From Lachnospiraceae bacterium (GTDB taxonomy: Bacteria; Bacillota; Clostridia; Lachnospirales; Lachnospiraceae), in assembly GCA_045530835.1 (NCBI GenBank), contig JAZSCW010000047.1, positions 3,879 through 67,878 on the forward strand: a stretch of 64,000 bases of DNA. The letters are read 5' to 3'. Below the pieces are notes generated by a model. The model was not told the origin of the DNA. It saw only the letters and a program-made list of their open reading frames with translations, and searched no databases. Each line of letters begins with the position of its first letter. The first letter of the stretch is position 1. Made by a program: the position numbers and the translations under genes. This document shows, piece by piece, positions 37,175 to 47,938 of this stretch.

Positions 37175-39390
37175 TATTCGAATGTCACCTCATACGTATG
37201 GTAATCCTGCGCCGGAACCATCTCCGTAATCGGGTTCCCCGCTGCATCAACGTTTTCCTGCTCCACATAAACAGTATACGTAATAGTAACGACACCTGTT
37301 GAAACACCGTAAATCTGTGTCAGTTTAATCGGCACCGGGAAAGTAGACGTAGTTGTATTAAATAATTCTGCGCCGTCCGGTGTTTTCAAAACAACATTTG
37401 CAACCCCACCTTCATAATTAGGCGGCGCAACAACTTTCAAATCACAGGAATAATATCTGGGTTCCGGCCCCATGCTCAGCTTAATTTCTACTTTGGTTCC
37501 TTTTTCAATGGTTGCTCCGGAAGTATAGCTTTGATAGCATACTCTTCCTTTTTCAACAAAATCATCGTAAGTTTCGCTGACTGACTCGCAAACCAATCCC
37601 AGTTCGTCCAGTTTTGCCTTCGCTTCCTGTTCTGTCATATTGGTCAAATCCGGCATGGAAATATCTGAATTGACACGTCCGAGACTAATTACAATCACAA
37701 TTTCGCTTCCTCGTGCCACAAGAGTTCCGCCGGCAGGTTCCTGCGAAATGACATTTCCTTTGATAATTTCATTATTCAGTTCTTCACGTTTGACAACCTT
37801 GAACCCTTCACGTTCCAGTGCTGCCGTAGCTTCCGCCTCAGAATAAAGCACTACATTCGGGAGTTCTACTCCTCCGTTATTTGAAACATATATCTTGACA
37901 GTACTTCCCTTAGGAATCTCTTCGTTTGCCTCCGGATCCGTACTCAAAACACGATTATGTTGTTCTGTTGCAGAATCTTGATATTCCACTACATACTCCA
38001 ATCCAATCTGTTCAAGTGCTTTTTGAGCATCCGTCAAATCATCTCCGACAATATTAGGAACAAACACTAACATCTGATCTTCCACTCCCGGATTGTCGGA
38101 ATTTTTATTTCCCCACACACCTAATACGGCACCGACAAAATAGATAAACAGACATCCGATTAAAACCGCAAGAACGATAATCAAAATTGTTTTTAATTTT
38201 TCGCCCGGCGAGTCATCATCATCATCAAACATCTCTGCCTTAGAACGAGTCTGTGGTTTTGGTGCAACCTTTTTAGCAGACTGTACTTGATTCTGCTTTC
38301 TTATCTTCTCAGGTTCCGGTTTTCTTACAACACGAACAGGTTGATTTCCACCTTCTGTTTTTGTCTTTCTTACCGGTGAAGCAGTCTCATCCACACTTGT
38401 CTTCTTTCTCGGCTGAACAGGAGGTGTCTGTAAAGCAATCCCGTTAGACGCTGCCGCAGAAATCGGCCCTGTCTGTCTTGCTTCCTGCTTAATCTGCGCC
38501 CGTTCTGCTTCCGAAACTGTTCTTGTTACTGCACCCTGTTCAACACTTTCAATACGAACAAAATCCTCATTCGGACTAATCAATGATTTCTTTAAATCCT
38601 CAACCAATTCCGGCATCTTCTGATATCTTCTGTCGGGACTTTTTTGTGTACATTTTAAAACAATCTGTTCCACACTGATTGGAATTTCCGGAACATAATT
38701 TCTGGGCGACGGCATATCCTCCTGTATATGCTTAATCGCGATTGCCACCGTGGTTTCACCATTAAAAGGAACTCTTCCCGTCAGCATTTCGAACAAAGTA
38801 ATACCCATGGAATAAATATCACTTTTTTCATCACTAAAACCACCTCTGGCCTGTTCCGGAGATGTATAGTGTACACTTCCCATAACATTCGAAGTAATGG
38901 TATTGCTTGTCGCGGCTTTGGCAATACCAAAATCCGTAACCTTTACTTTACCTTCTTTGCTGATAATAATGTTCTGCGGTTTGATATCTCTATGAATAAT
39001 CCCATTATTATGAGCAGCCTCAATACCCATGGATATCTGTATGGCAATACTGACCGCTTCTTTGACTGACAATCTGGCCTTTTTTTCAATATAACGTTTC
39101 AGGGTAATCCCTTCTACCAATTCCATTACAATATAGTAGATTCCGCCCTCTTCTCCAACATCATAAACATTAACAATATTCGGATGCATTAATCCGGCAG
39201 CCGCCTGCGCCTCAGTTCTGAATTTCGAAACAAATTCCGTGTTTTCACTGAATTCCTGCTTCAAAACTTTTACTGCAACAAAACGATTCAATTTATGACA
39301 TTTTGCCTTATAAACATCCGACATACCGCCGTTTCCGATAGGTTCCAATATTTCATATCGTTCCCCTATCATCATTCCCATTTTAATCAT
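37174..39390 (-). CDS. pknB: PASTA-domain Ser/Thr kinase PrkC/PknB/Stk1
   Basis: IGNGGM, HRDIKPQN, DFG, GSVHYTSPEQ; TM; three PASTA repeats. Confidence 0.95.
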   Translation of the reverse strand: MIKMGMMIGERYEILEPIGNGGMSDVYKAKCHKLNRFVAVKVLKQEFSENTEFVSKFRTEAQAAAGLMHPNIVNVYDVGEEGGIYYIVMELVEGITLKRYIEKKARLSVKEAVSIAIQISMGIEAAHNNGIIHRDIKPQNIIISKEGKVKVTDFGIAKAATSNTITSNVMGSVHYTSPEQARGGFSDEKSDIYSMGITLFEMLTGRVPFNGETTVAIAIKHIQEDMPSPRNYVPEIPISVEQIVLKCTQKSPDRRYQKMPELVEDLKKSLISPNEDFVRIESVEQGAVTRTVSEAERAQIKQEARQTGPISAAASNGIALQTPPVQPRKKTSVDETASPVRKTKTEGGNQPVRVVRKPEPEKIRKQNQVQSAKKVAPKPQTRSKAEMFDDDDDSPGEKLKTILIIVLAVLIGCLFIYFVGAVLGVWGNKNSDNPGVEDQMLVFVPNIVGDDLTDAQKALEQIGLEYVVEYQDSATEQHNRVLSTDPEANEEIPKGSTVKIYVSNNGGVELPNVVLYSEAEATAALEREGFKVVKREELNNEIIKGNVISQEPAGGTLVARGSEIVIVISLGRVNSDISMPDLTNMTEQEAKAKLDELGLVCESVSETYDDFVEKGRVCYQSYTSGATIEKGTKVEIKLSMGPEPRYYSCDLKVVAPPNYEGGVANVVLKTPDGAELFNTTTSTFPVPIKLTQIYGVSTGVVTITYTVYVEQENVDAAGNPITEMVPAQDYHTYEVTFE

Positions 39391-39398
39391 ATCTTACC

Positions 39399-40133
39399 TC
39401 ACACCTGATCTAACAACTCTATCAACACTACGGCAATATTATCATTGCCTCCATTGTAATTTGCTACATTCACCAGTTCCTTGGCTTTCGCTTCAAGCGA
39501 ACTTTCCTTCAGAATTATTTCATGAATTGCACTGTCTTCAATCATATTTGTAAGTCCATCCGAACACATTAATACAACATCACCCGGTTTCAAAGAGACT
39601 TCAAAAAAATCCACATTAATATAATCCGTCGCACCAACTGCCCTTGTAATAATATTCTTATCCGGATGATTTCTGGCAGACTCCCGATCTAAAGACCCAA
39701 GCCTTACCATCTCTTCCACCAATGAATGGTCTCTGGTAATCTGACGCATTTCTTCATTTACAACATAAAGCCTGCTGTCTCCCACATTTGCCACATAAAG
39801 AAGCTCTTCCATATATGTAGCCGCAACTACTGTCGTTCCCATGCCGACCATATTTGCATCATCACGCGCTTTTCGCCTGACAAACTCATTTGCACATTTG
39901 ATTGCATTCCTGAGTATTTCCACCGGCTGACCACTTCTGGTTTTCACCACTTCTTCCACGATTGTTTCAACCGTATATTTGGATGCAAAATCGCCTGCTT
40001 TATGTCCACCCATTCCATCCGCTACCACAAACAGATTCGGCAAACTTCCCAACGGCAGTTCAGAAGTAAAAACAAAGTCCTGATTCAATTGTCGCTTTTT
40101 CCCAATATCAGTTATGGAAAATGCTCTAATCAC
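39399..40133 (-). CDS. stp: PP2C-type Ser/Thr phosphatase Stp1/PrpC
   Basis: TDIGKKRQLNQD, VADGMGGH, NVGDSR, CSDGL, GGNDNI. GTG start at 40133 after GGAGG. Confidence 0.93.
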   Translation of the reverse strand: MIRAFSITDIGKKRQLNQDFVFTSELPLGSLPNLFVVADGMGGHKAGDFASKYTVETIVEEVVKTRSGQPVEILRNAIKCANEFVRRKARDDANMVGMGTTVVAATYMEELLYVANVGDSRLYVVNEEMRQITRDHSLVEEMVRLGSLDRESARNHPDKNIITRAVGATDYINVDFFEVSLKPGDVVLMCSDGLTNMIEDSAIHEIILKESSLEAKAKELVNVANYNGGNDNIAVVLIELLDQV

Positions 40134-40155
40134 TTTTGTATCCTCCGCATCGCCA

Positions 40156-41223
40156 TCATTTTCCGCTTTGTACTTTTCTTCTAAGCTGACCGCATGCGCC
40201 GTCAATATCCCGGCCCATTTCCCTTCTTATAGTAACATTTATTCCGCTATTTTCAAGCATATTTTTAAAACGTAACACTTTTTCACGCCGGGTAGATACA
40301 TAATCCCTCTCCTTAATCGGATTCACAGGAATCAGATTCACATGACAATTCATCCCCTGAATCAATGAAATTAACTGTCCGGCCTCGGCATCATTATCGT
40401 TCACGCCTCCAACAAGTGCATACTCAAAACTGATTCGCCGTCCGGTTTCCCGAAAATAAAATCTGCATGCATCCATAACCTCATTCAATCCATATTTATT
40501 TGCTATCGGCATTAATTCCCGGCGCTTTTCATCCGTGGGCGCATGTAACGACAATGCCAACGTAAGCTGCAATTTTTCCTCAGCCAGTTTATAGATCATG
40601 GGAACAAGACCGCAAGTAGATACCGTAATATTTCTCTGACTAATGTTCAACCCATTTTCATCACACAGTAATCTGATAAATCGTAACAGATTATCATAAT
40701 TATCCAATGGCTCTCCGGTTCCCATCACAACAACATTCGAAACGCGTTCCCCTGTCTCTCGCGTAATGGCATAGATTTGTTCAAGCATCTCAGATGGTGT
40801 AAGATTACGTTCCCACCCATCCAGTGTAGATGCGCAAAACCGACATCCCATTTTACACCCAACCTGCGAGGAAATGCAAACAGAATTTCCATGATGATAT
40901 TTCATCCATACACTTTCTACAAAATTACCGTCATAAAGTTCAAACAAAAATTTTTTTGTTCCATCCAGCGCAGACTCCTGAACCGCCACCGGTTTTAAAT
41001 GCATATAACAAAATTGGTCATGGCACTGCTCACGTAATGCAAGAGGCAGATTTGTCATCTCTTCAAATCCCGAAACCATCTTTTTATGCATCCATTCATA
41101 CATTTGCTTTGCCCGAAACGCAGGCAGTTGCATAGCCTTCAGTTGATCTGTCAGCTCCTGCAGGGAAAAAGATTTAATATCTATTTTGTTGTCTGCAACA
41201 CACAACAATGATGACTCATTCAT
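40156..41223 (-). CDS. rlmN: 23S rRNA m2A2503 methyltransferase
   Basis: CISSQVGCKMGCRFC, MGTGEP, DIDGACGQL. Confidence 0.96.
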   Translation of the reverse strand: MNESSLLCVADNKIDIKSFSLQELTDQLKAMQLPAFRAKQMYEWMHKKMVSGFEEMTNLPLALREQCHDQFCYMHLKPVAVQESALDGTKKFLFELYDGNFVESVWMKYHHGNSVCISSQVGCKMGCRFCASTLDGWERNLTPSEMLEQIYAITRETGERVSNVVVMGTGEPLDNYDNLLRFIRLLCDENGLNISQRNITVSTCGLVPMIYKLAEEKLQLTLALSLHAPTDEKRRELMPIANKYGLNEVMDACRFYFRETGRRISFEYALVGGVNDNDAEAGQLISLIQGMNCHVNLIPVNPIKERDYVSTRREKVLRFKNMLENSGINVTIRREMGRDIDGACGQLRRKVQSGK

Positions 41224-41225
41224 GT

Positions 41226-42599
41226 TTATTTCTCATCCTTTATCAATACTGCTATGAAAAAGCCGTCGCAAGCCATGTCACCACGATAGAGCTGTAAAGT
41301 TCCATCTTCATTCAGATAACGGTGAAAAGGTTTTGGTATACGTTCTTTTACGGACACAAGCTTAAAGCCCAGCTCTTCGGTAATCCATGCAACATTCTCG
41401 TCATTCTCTTTTTTATTCAATGTGCAGGTACTGTATACAAGCGTCCCGCCCTTTTTTACATATTTACTTACATTTGCAACGATCTTTTGCTGTAACGCAA
41501 CAAGACTTTCCAGTTTTTCAGGTGTCAAATGACGCGGAATATCCTGTTTTCTTGCTATAACGCCCATCCCTGAACAAGGGACATCTGCCAAAAGAACATC
41601 TGCCTTCTCCTCATATTCGGCACAAAATTCCGTCGCATCATGCACTGCTGCCCGAATCCCCTCCAAATGCATCCTTTGGGCATTTTCTCGGATTCTCTCC
41701 ACCTTTTTTTCGGTCAAATCAAAGGAAAAAACCTGTCCGCTACCATTCAGCTTATCTGCCGCATGAAGAGACTTTCCTCCCGGAGCTGCACAAACATCAA
41801 AAACAGTATCACCTTCCTTGATTCCGGCACATTCGCAAACAAGCATGGAACTGATATCCTGTACAATAAAGTGTCCTTCTGCAAATCCGTCCATACTGCT
41901 GATACGTTCTGTCCCCGACAAACTACATGCATATGAAAGAACTTCGCTCTTTGTTACATGAATACCGTTTTGCTTCCATTCTTCTATTAATGCGTCTTTG
42001 CATTCCTCACTCAGCATACTACTAAAGCGAACAGAAATTTCAGGCTCCTGTTTGAACCCCTCAAGCATTTCCTCTGTTGTTTCGACTCCATATTGTTCTA
42101 TCAAGAGAGAAATCATCCACTTCGGCACGGAATATTGTATATGGAAATATTCCAACTCGTTCTCTTCTTTTACGGGCCAAACAATGGCATCCTTTTCTCT
42201 GCAAATTCTGCGCAAAATACCATTCACAAAACCGGAAAGCGAAGAAAATCCTTTTTTACGCGCCAACTGAACACATAAATTACACGCAGCGGTATCGTAT
42301 ACCTGATCCAGGAAAAGAATCTGATAGGTACCGATTTCCAAAATCGTACGTATTACAGGCTTCATTTTGGCGGTCTTAGGCTTCGCATACAAGTCAATGA
42401 CATAATCCAGCTTTATTTGTTGTTCTAAGCAACCCATTGCCAGTTTTTTTACAAACGCTTTTTTCTTTCCGCCCAGATAATCATATTTATCAAGGACCTC
42501 TTTTAGAATTGTATTTCCGAATTCCCTCTCTTTATCCGTCTCCAATAAAATCTCCATAGCAAGACGTCGCAAAAGAAGTTCTTCATTTTCTGCTGCCAC
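41226..42599 (-). CDS. rsmB: 16S rRNA m5C967 methyltransferase
   Basis: NusB-like N-terminus, CAAPGGKS, DVPCSG, YSTCT. Confidence 0.95.
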   Translation of the reverse strand: MAAENEELLLRRLAMEILLETDKEREFGNTILKEVLDKYDYLGGKKKAFVKKLAMGCLEQQIKLDYVIDLYAKPKTAKMKPVIRTILEIGTYQILFLDQVYDTAACNLCVQLARKKGFSSLSGFVNGILRRICREKDAIVWPVKEENELEYFHIQYSVPKWMISLLIEQYGVETTEEMLEGFKQEPEISVRFSSMLSEECKDALIEEWKQNGIHVTKSEVLSYACSLSGTERISSMDGFAEGHFIVQDISSMLVCECAGIKEGDTVFDVCAAPGGKSLHAADKLNGSGQVFSFDLTEKKVERIRENAQRMHLEGIRAAVHDATEFCAEYEEKADVLLADVPCSGMGVIARKQDIPRHLTPEKLESLVALQQKIVANVSKYVKKGGTLVYSTCTLNKKENDENVAWITEELGFKLVSVKERIPKPFHRYLNEDGTLQLYRGDMACDGFFIAVLIKDEK

Positions 42600-42648
42600 T
42601 TACCTTCCTCCAATTGCTTTAAGCCGCAACAAATACGGCCTTACTAAA

Positions 42649-43584
42649 TCATTCCTTTGTAAAACACATTCCCGGTTTTAATTGATATCCCAGCAAAAAG
42701 TCTTTCACCGGCATACGTTTTTTTCCTTCTAACTGCAATTCCAAAATCTTTATGCTTCCCTCACCTGTCGCAACAACTATGGAATCTTTCTCTACCGCAA
42801 TAATCTCCCCGGGATTTCCGGCCTGCGCCTGCTCCTGCGGCACCACGCTGAAAAGTTTCACTTTCTTTCCTTCCAGAAAAGTATATGAACCGGGCCAAGG
42901 ATAAAGTCCTCTTACATAATGGTCTATTGTATCTGCATCCTTACTCCAGTCAACGCATCCAAGTCCCTTGGTAAGCATAGGCGCATAACAGGTATTCTCT
43001 TCCGTCTGTGGTGTCGGTACAAGAGTTCCTGACTCCAATTTGCGCAAAGCATCCACAATCATCTCTGCACCCAATGCACTCAACTTATCGTGAACTGTTT
43101 CTCCGGTATCGGAATCTGTAATTTCAAAACCTTTTTGCAAAAGCATATCTCCGGTATCAATTCCGGCATCCATCTGCATAATCGTAACACCGGTTTCTTT
43201 TTCCTTATTCAGAATCACCCACTGAATCGGTGCAGAACCTCTGTAACGCGGCAAAAGTGACGCATGAATATTAATACACCCATACTTTGGCATGTCTAAA
43301 ATCTCCTGCGAAAGAATCTGGCCAAACGCTGCCACTACAAATACATCCGCATCGTACTGTTTCAAGTGCGCAACTGCCTCTGTTGATTTAATTTTATTAG
43401 GCTGAAATACAGGGATATCATGTTTCAGCGCACATTCCTTTACCGGAGTAAATTTCTCAGCCTTACCTCTTCCCTGCGGTTTGTCCGGTTGTGTCACCAC
43501 CAGTACAACCTCATGGCCTGCTGCTATAATACTTTCCAACGCGCCTACCGCAAAATCCGGAGTTCCCATATAGACTATTCTCAT
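42649..43584 (-). CDS. fmt: Methionyl-tRNA formyltransferase
   Basis: MGTPDFA, TQPDKP, NIHASLLPRYRG, DTGD. Confidence 0.96.
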   Translation of the reverse strand: MRIVYMGTPDFAVGALESIIAAGHEVVLVVTQPDKPQGRGKAEKFTPVKECALKHDIPVFQPNKIKSTEAVAHLKQYDADVFVVAAFGQILSQEILDMPKYGCINIHASLLPRYRGSAPIQWVILNKEKETGVTIMQMDAGIDTGDMLLQKGFEITDSDTGETVHDKLSALGAEMIVDALRKLESGTLVPTPQTEENTCYAPMLTKGLGCVDWSKDADTIDHYVRGLYPWPGSYTFLEGKKVKLFSVVPQEQAQAGNPGEIIAVEKDSIVVATGEGSIKILELQLEGKKRMPVKDFLLGYQLKPGMCFTKE

Positions 43585-43585
43585 C

Positions 43586-44065
43586 TTATTCCTCCTCATC
43601 CTCAAGCGGTTCATTGTACATAAGCTCACCCTCTACCAAATCCACATAAAGCTTTCCTTCAAGATGATCCAGTTCATGGCAAATGGCACGCGCAAGAAGT
43701 TCGGTTCCTTCTATCTCAAAAGGTTCTAAGTTTTCATCATATGCAATTGCCTTAACGTAATTCGGCCTTGTTACCTGACCATGTCTTCCCGGCACGGAAA
43801 GACATCCTTCTGAACCGGTCTGCTCTCCTGAACGCTCAATAATTTTAGGATTAATCATCAGAATCGGCTCATCATCTACATCTATTACCACAATTCTTTT
43901 GAGCACACCAACCTGCGGAGCGGCAAGCCCTACACCGCCGGTCTCATACATGGTCTCAAACATATCATCAATCAAGTCCATGGTTCTTGGGGTAATCGTC
44001 TTTACTTCTTTACATACCTGATTTAAAACTTCATCTCCGATTTCTCTGATTTTTCTTAAAGCCAT
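43586..44065 (-). CDS. def: Peptide deformylase
   Basis: GVGLAAPQ, EGCLS, HELDHL. Confidence 0.97.
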   Translation of the reverse strand: MALRKIREIGDEVLNQVCKEVKTITPRTMDLIDDMFETMYETGGVGLAAPQVGVLKRIVVIDVDDEPILMINPKIIERSGEQTGSEGCLSVPGRHGQVTRPNYVKAIAYDENLEPFEIEGTELLARAICHELDHLEGKLYVDLVEGELMYNEPLEDEEE

Positions 44066-44101
44066 CTTTCATATTCCTTTCATCATTAAAATTGTATTCC
44101 T

Positions 44102-46327
44102 CTAAAAAATGTGTAACGGATTATAGTCAAACTGTACATTTTCTTTCTTCAAATCAAAAGAAGACAAATATGCCTCTACGTATTCCCGTACCCGCACTAA
44201 ACTTTGAGCATCTTTGTGTTTCAAATAAATTACCTGTCTGTATAAATCGTTCTTTTTGCCCAGGGAAGCTTTGGCCGGTCCAATCATATGCGGCGCATCT
44301 TCACCTTTTAACGCCCGAATTTGAGCTGCTACCAAACGTGCAAGTTTCGCTATTCGCTCTTCCGCAGGACCGGTAAACTGTATTGCCAACAACACTGAAA
44401 CCGGGGGATATCCCAGTAATTCCCGATATGATATTTCTTCTTCATAAAAAGCCTGATAGTCCTGCGCTGCCGCATGTACGATAGCATAGTGTTCGGGCTG
44501 ATATGTCTGAAAAACAACTTCGCCCGCAAGTTCTCCTCTTCCTGCCCTTCCGGCTGCCTGAACCAGTAGCTGAAAGGTCCTCTCTCCGGCCCTGTAATCA
44601 TTTCCGGCCAATGACAAATCGGCCGCAAGAATCCCCATCAGCGTCACACCCGGAAAATCATGCCCTTTCACAATCATCTGTGTTCCAAGCAATATATCTG
44701 CCTCACGATTTGAAAACTTCGAAAGTATCAAATCGTAATCATCTTTATTTCGTGTAGTATCAGCATCCATTCGAAGGACCGTAGCAATCGGGAACTGCTT
44801 GTGTATCAGTTCTTCTATCTGTTGTGTTCCGGCCTTGAAGCCGGCGATATACGGTGATTTACATGAGGGGCATTTCTCTACTTTCTCTCTATTATATCCA
44901 CAGTAATGACAATACAATCTTCCATCTTTATGTTGTGCCAGAGACACATCACAATGCGGACATTTTACAACTTCACCACAGGTACGGCATGAAATAAAGG
45001 CCGAATAACCTCTGCGGTTGAGAAAAAGCATAATCTGCTCTCCCTTTTCAAGACGATCTTCCATTTTTTGTTGCAGACTTCTGCTGAATATACTTTTATT
45101 ACCGTTCCTAAATTCTTCTCGTAAATCAACAATTTCAACATTTGCCAGTTCTTTATTCACTGCTCTGTCCGAAAGCGTATGCAACACATACTCTCCGCTC
45201 AAGGCTCTGTAATAGGACTCCAATGAAGGAGTCGCTGACCCCAGAATAACCGGAGCAGCATTCTTTTCCCCCAGATGAATGGCTACTTCTCTTGCGTGAT
45301 ATTTTGGCATGGTTTCACTTTTATATGTTGTTTCATGTTCCTCATCAATTATAATGAGTCCTAATTTTTCAAAAGGAGTAAAAAGCGCCGAACGCGGTCC
45401 TATCATAACCGATACTTCCCCCCGACGTGCACGCTCAAATTGGTCATAACGTTCTCCGTCCGAAAGTTTCGAATGCATAACCGACACTTCATCTCCAAAT
45501 CGTTGATAAAAGCGTTTCATCGTCTGATAAGTCAATGAAATTTCCGGTATCAGCATAATTGCCTGTTGCCCGCGTTTCAGACAGGTTGCAATAACCTCCA
45601 TATATACTTCAGTTTTTCCGCTTCCTGTAACACCATTTATCAGATGCACATTGGAAACATGATTATCATAATCCTCACAAATCTTCTCTGCAACGGCACG
45701 TTGTTTCTCATTCAATTCCAAAACAGTTCCTTCACTTTTCGGAAAACGCATCGGGTTTCTGTATACAAGTGTCCTGTCAATTCTAATCAGATTCTTTTTT
45801 TCAAGGGTTTCTATTGTTCTTGCGGAAACATTCAGCTTAGAAATAACCAACCTGTAATCAAGCTCCGGTGTTTCCGTCAACGCCTGAAGCAAACGAGCCT
45901 GTGCATTTCTCTTTTTGGAAGTTGCCTGAAACATTGCAATTTTAAGTTCATGCGTCGAAACTGCTGCCCGAATCATCTTGTGCTCTATCTGTTTTGTTAC
46001 CTTCTTAACGGGAAGAACCGTTTTGAGAGCATCAATCATTGTAGAACCATACGTATTTCTGATAAAAACAGCCAATTCAATGCAGGAATCCTGCGCCCCT
46101 ACACTATCAGTACAAACAGCAACAAGCGACTTTATTCTTTCCGGCTCTATTTCCGGTTTATCGCTGAATGAAATGACATAACCACTCCTTTGTGAATTTC
46201 CTTTTCCGAAAGGAATGAGCACCTTGCAACCAACATATATTTTATCAGTAAGAGACTCCGGAATCAGATATTGAAAAGAGCGGTCCACTTTTTCATGTGA
46301 AATATCAATGATAACATTGGCATACAT
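44102..46327 (-). CDS. priA: Primosomal protein N'
   Basis: GVTGSGKTE, DEEH, NRRG, four CxxC pairs, GTQMIVKG, GRAGR. Confidence 0.97.
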   Translation of the reverse strand: MYANVIIDISHEKVDRSFQYLIPESLTDKIYVGCKVLIPFGKGNSQRSGYVISFSDKPEIEPERIKSLVAVCTDSVGAQDSCIELAVFIRNTYGSTMIDALKTVLPVKKVTKQIEHKMIRAAVSTHELKIAMFQATSKKRNAQARLLQALTETPELDYRLVISKLNVSARTIETLEKKNLIRIDRTLVYRNPMRFPKSEGTVLELNEKQRAVAEKICEDYDNHVSNVHLINGVTGSGKTEVYMEVIATCLKRGQQAIMLIPEISLTYQTMKRFYQRFGDEVSVMHSKLSDGERYDQFERARRGEVSVMIGPRSALFTPFEKLGLIIIDEEHETTYKSETMPKYHAREVAIHLGEKNAAPVILGSATPSLESYYRALSGEYVLHTLSDRAVNKELANVEIVDLREEFRNGNKSIFSRSLQQKMEDRLEKGEQIMLFLNRRGYSAFISCRTCGEVVKCPHCDVSLAQHKDGRLYCHYCGYNREKVEKCPSCKSPYIAGFKAGTQQIEELIHKQFPIATVLRMDADTTRNKDDYDLILSKFSNREADILLGTQMIVKGHDFPGVTLMGILAADLSLAGNDYRAGERTFQLLVQAAGRAGRGELAGEVVFQTYQPEHYAIVHAAAQDYQAFYEEEISYRELLGYPPVSVLLAIQFTGPAEERIAKLARLVAAQIRALKGEDAPHMIGPAKASLGKKNDLYRQVIYLKHKDAQSLVRVREYVEAYLSSFDLKKENVQFDYNPLHIF

Positions 46328-46370
46328 TATAGAACCCTCTCCTTTCCTGCGAAGTCATTTTGCCCCATTC

Positions 46371-47834
46371 TTAAGAATTCATAATCTCTGCAATCAGAAC
46401 CCTCTCATCCATGGGGTACTTAATCCCTTTAATCTCCTGATAATCTTCATGACCTTTGCCTGCAAGTACAATAATATCACCTTCTTGCGCATTCCTGATT
46501 GCATAAGCGATTGCTTCCTTACGATCCGGAATTTCCACATATGCGCTACCTGTTTTCTCCACGGCGCCTCTAATATCCGCAATGATATCCAATGGTTCCT
46601 CGAATCGTGGATTATCAGAAGTAATAATCGTCAAATCAGCGAGTCTGCCGCTCACTTCCCCCATTTCAAACCGGCGTGAACGTGAACGGTTTCCGCCGCA
46701 ACCGAACAAGCAAACCAGGCGATGCGGCTGATACTCTTTTAAAGTAGTCAAAAGGCTCTCTAACGCCATGGCATTATGCGCATAGTCAATCATAAGTGAA
46801 AAGTGTTCTGAAACTTTCACCATTTCAATACGCCCTTTTACATGCGCATTCCGAAGTGCTTCCCGGATGCGCTCTGTTTCTACACCAAAATGTTTACATA
46901 CAGCAATTGCCGTCAAAGCATTATATACACTGAAACGTCCCGGTGTCGGCAATTTAACATCAAATTCATTCTCACCTGTCACTCTGAAGGTTACACCCAG
47001 CTCACCGTTGTCTCGATAGAGAGAAACATTGGTCGCACTAACCTGTAATCCTTGTGTAAATCCAAACAATTCCACATCACAGGTATGATCCTTCAAAATT
47101 TCACTTACATGACTGTCATCGCCATTTAAAATTCCGAGTTTACACTGTCTGAACAACTTTGCCTTACAGTTCATATAGTCATTAAAATCTTCATGTTCTC
47201 CCGGACCAATATGATCCGGTTCAAGATTTGTAAAAATACCAATATCAAATATAAATCCCTGGGTCCGATGCATCATCAACCCCTGCGAAGACACTTCCAT
47301 TACAACAGTATCGCATCCGGCTTCTACCATCTGCGCAAAATAAGATTGTAACAGATACGATTCCGGTGTTGTATTATTTGCCGCGATATGTTCTTCACCT
47401 ATAATAATCTCAATGGTTCCAATCAGACCGACTTTTTTTCCTGCCTGTTCAAGGATTGATTTCACCAGATATGTTGTTGTTGTCTTTCCTTTTGTTCCCG
47501 TAATTCCAATCACAGTAAGCTGATCTGCAGGATTTCCAAACCAGGCAGCAGAAATAAAAGCCATCGCATAACGGGTATCCTCAACTTTAATGATTGTCAC
47601 ATCGCTATCCGCAGGAATCGTAATATCCTTAGAAACCACAATGGTCGATGCACCTTTTTGAATTACTTCATCTGCAACACTGTGACCATCGAATTTCGTT
47701 CCCACAATACAGATAAAAAGGCAGTCTTTTGTGACCTTACGTGAATCATAGCACACCGCCTGCACATTCCTCTCTAAATTCCCGTGCGCACATGTATATG
47801 TTATGTTTTCCAGCAAATGTCTTAATTGCATCAT
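46371..47834 (-). CDS. murE: UDP-MurNAc-tripeptide synthetase (DAP-adding)
   Basis: YDSR, TGTKGKTT, TTPES, DYAHN, DNPR (meso-DAP specificity), AGKGHE. Confidence 0.96.
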   Translation of the reverse strand: MMQLRHLLENITYTCAHGNLERNVQAVCYDSRKVTKDCLFICIVGTKFDGHSVADEVIQKGASTIVVSKDITIPADSDVTIIKVEDTRYAMAFISAAWFGNPADQLTVIGITGTKGKTTTTYLVKSILEQAGKKVGLIGTIEIIIGEEHIAANNTTPESYLLQSYFAQMVEAGCDTVVMEVSSQGLMMHRTQGFIFDIGIFTNLEPDHIGPGEHEDFNDYMNCKAKLFRQCKLGILNGDDSHVSEILKDHTCDVELFGFTQGLQVSATNVSLYRDNGELGVTFRVTGENEFDVKLPTPGRFSVYNALTAIAVCKHFGVETERIREALRNAHVKGRIEMVKVSEHFSLMIDYAHNAMALESLLTTLKEYQPHRLVCLFGCGGNRSRSRRFEMGEVSGRLADLTIITSDNPRFEEPLDIIADIRGAVEKTGSAYVEIPDRKEAIAYAIRNAQEGDIIVLAGKGHEDYQEIKGIKYPMDERVLIAEIMNS

Positions 47835-47938
47835 ATTACACTACCTCCCACTTCTGTTTTTCAAAACGTATCATATTATCTTATCATATTTTAAGGATTT
47901 TTACCAGTTTCTGTGCCTGTTTATTTACGACATCCTAT

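Noticed and set aside
45566-46171. Long antisense ORFs (this 201-aa one, also 27536-28060, 32033-32524, 17402-17863 and others)
   Set aside because: They are shadows of conserved genes on the opposite strand, with no motifs or RBS.
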